Assembly: GCF_000743755.1 (NCBI RefSeq)
Contig: NW_014569526.1
Location: forward strand, 51,172-71,171
Length of the DNA stretch: 20,000 bases
Direction: 5' to 3'
Source: Blastocystis sp. subtype 4
Taxonomy: Eukaryota
Part shown: positions 18,390 through 20,000 of the stretch, piece by piece
How the letters are laid out: each line of letters starts with the position of its first letter
Numbering within the stretch: the stretch's first letter is position 1
Made by a program: the position numbers and the translations under genes
The notes under the pieces: model-generated
Databases searched by the model: none
The model's input: the letters and a program-made list of their open reading frames with translations, nothing else
Told to the model about the DNA's origin: nothing

Positions 18390-20000
18390 AATTACTGAAC
18401 TTCACAACCGATCGATTACCACATCCAGTCAATAGATACCGAGCACTCTCTCCAAATAACAGGCTATGATATCCATTCACATCCTCAGCACAATTCCATA
18501 CACGCTCCCAACTCTTTGTACTGAAGACACTCACATCATCAGCTCCTACACCCAGATACACACCAGAATAGTCAAATCCAACACAATGTACTCCACTTCC
18601 AACACTCAATGTCTTCAAGCAGGCTCCATTTCTCAGATCCCAGATCTTCACACCATCAGCAGCTCCACTTGCCATAATGTATCCATTCTCACTGAAGGCC
18701 ACTGAACCCACTCTACCTGAATGTTCACTGAAGTTCGTCACATTCGTCTGTGACTTCAGATCCCAGATTTCAACCACACCCTTGTTGGTACCAGTAGCCA
18801 GAATTAGTCCATCGGGATGGAACTGGAGTGTCTCCAATGTACCCTCTACTTGTCAGACTTCTAACCAACACTCACGATCAGCAATTCCAGTCACTGTCTG
18901 AACTAAACGTGTTGTTGGAATGTCATAGAAACACCATGAGCCATCATGACTACACGAAGCGAAGTACTCACCACAAGCTTGCAGTGACAGACCTGTCACC
19001 TCAGCCTGATGGTTTTTGAACACAGTTGGTTTCTCTTCTATCCATCAGCATCTCTTCCAACTCCCACGATCAATCCACATTCGAACAGTCTTGTCATCAC
19101 TTGCTGAGATCACCAGTTCACGCTCTGGATGCCACAGTAATGCGTTCACACTCTTCGTGTGACCTGTAAAACGACGTGTGATCTTGGACTCGGCCACATC
19201 ATAGAGCAGCACTTGACCATCAGCACCTCCACTCAGTACCTGATCAGGATGGGACACATGCTGAGCTAACGCATGCACAGTAGGATGAGTGGTTTTATGA
19301 GCTGTGTAAGACTGTACTTCCTTCCATTCCTTCATTACATCCTCTGAACACAGATCTGCAGGAATCGAACGTTTAGGACGGGTTTTGAAACTCTCTTTCG
19401 CCTTTTTCGTCATTTTCGACAACATTTCGTCAGTTATCTTGTCCTCCTCCACTTCCATGGATGGAGCAGCAGGAGTGGATACAGGAGCAGCTTGAACTCT
19501 AGACAATCAGAGAGTCCATAGAACACATACTGAGATAGTGCTTCTCTAGCAGCATCGCGTTCCTTAATCAGACGAGCAATCACACGACAAGCAGCTTCAT
19601 GCTGATAAAGAGCTTGACTCAGCTCCTGACGAACAGCCTGGAGGTGTTTCTTCAAAGTAAAGGATTCAAGCATCAAGCTATCCCATTCATTCTGAAGGGA
19701 AACAAGGAGTCCAGGAATACTCGATGCAGCCACAGGTTTTGGCTTCACAATAGGTTGAGCTAGAGGAATGAGCGAATGACTATCGATTCGTACTCTTCAC
19801 ATCAATCAAGTCACTTAGATCGAGCTCTTCTCCAGTAATTGGACATTTTCCTTCCGTTTTGATATACCTAGAGCTATTACACCAATAACACAATTCTACT
19901 TTGTAATGAGACGTTTCTCATAGATGTAACCTGTCTTCTTTGAAATTACAGGCTCTTCAGGCACTTCTCCCGAAACTACACACAATGAGTTCTATTCATC
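18390..20000 (-). CDS. PRP19: Pre-mRNA processing factor 19 (U-box, coiled coil, WD40), 5'-partial; stop predicted as T + poly(A)
   Basis: U-box [27 protein letters not shown]...[29 protein letters not shown]...[23 protein letters not shown]40 segments [11 protein letters not shown] and [11 protein letters not shown]. In-frame T at 18390 lies 4 nt before the motif. Confidence 0.95.

Noticed and set aside
15594..20000. Spliceosomal cluster (U6 near PRP19)
   Set aside because: They are separated by an unrelated gene and use different polymerases; proximity is plausibly chance in a compact genome.
1..20000. Alternative genetic code or stop read-through to explain the fragmented ORFs
   Set aside because: Wherever I reconstructed the genes, the internal stops fall inside introns of about 30 nt; the standard code suffices.

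Overview
Very gene-dense, AT-rich eukaryotic DNA with about 29-34 nt spliceosomal introns and a TGTTTGTT(-like) motif just past the gene ends. These are the hallmarks of the gut stramenopile Blastocystis (organism inferred, subtype not determined). Genes reconstructed by eye, in order: the 3' end of a Cys-rich tandem-repeat protein (+), a shortened UVSSA-like gene (+), a complex I NUXM/20.9-kDa-like subunit (-), a possible unidentified small gene (-), an intron-containing Harbinger/HARBI1-like DDE nuclease (+), exportin-7 (-), Sec24 (+), a LisH + Ser/Asp/Glu/Lys repeat Nopp140/SRP40-like protein (-), an AAAP/SLC38 amino-acid transporter (-), U6 snRNA (+), a PTEN-C2-PH protein (+) and PRP19 (-, 5' end outside the window). 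The most striking signal is that four genes (HARBI1-like, XPO7, PTEN-like, PRP19) have an in-frame T or TA exactly 4 nt before the motif and no earlier stop. Their UAA stop is therefore predicted to be completed by the poly(A) tail, a phenomenon already described for Blastocystis. At three of four convergent junctions the two motifs abut as a 15-16 bp inverted element. All homology calls come from recalled family motifs; no searches were run.
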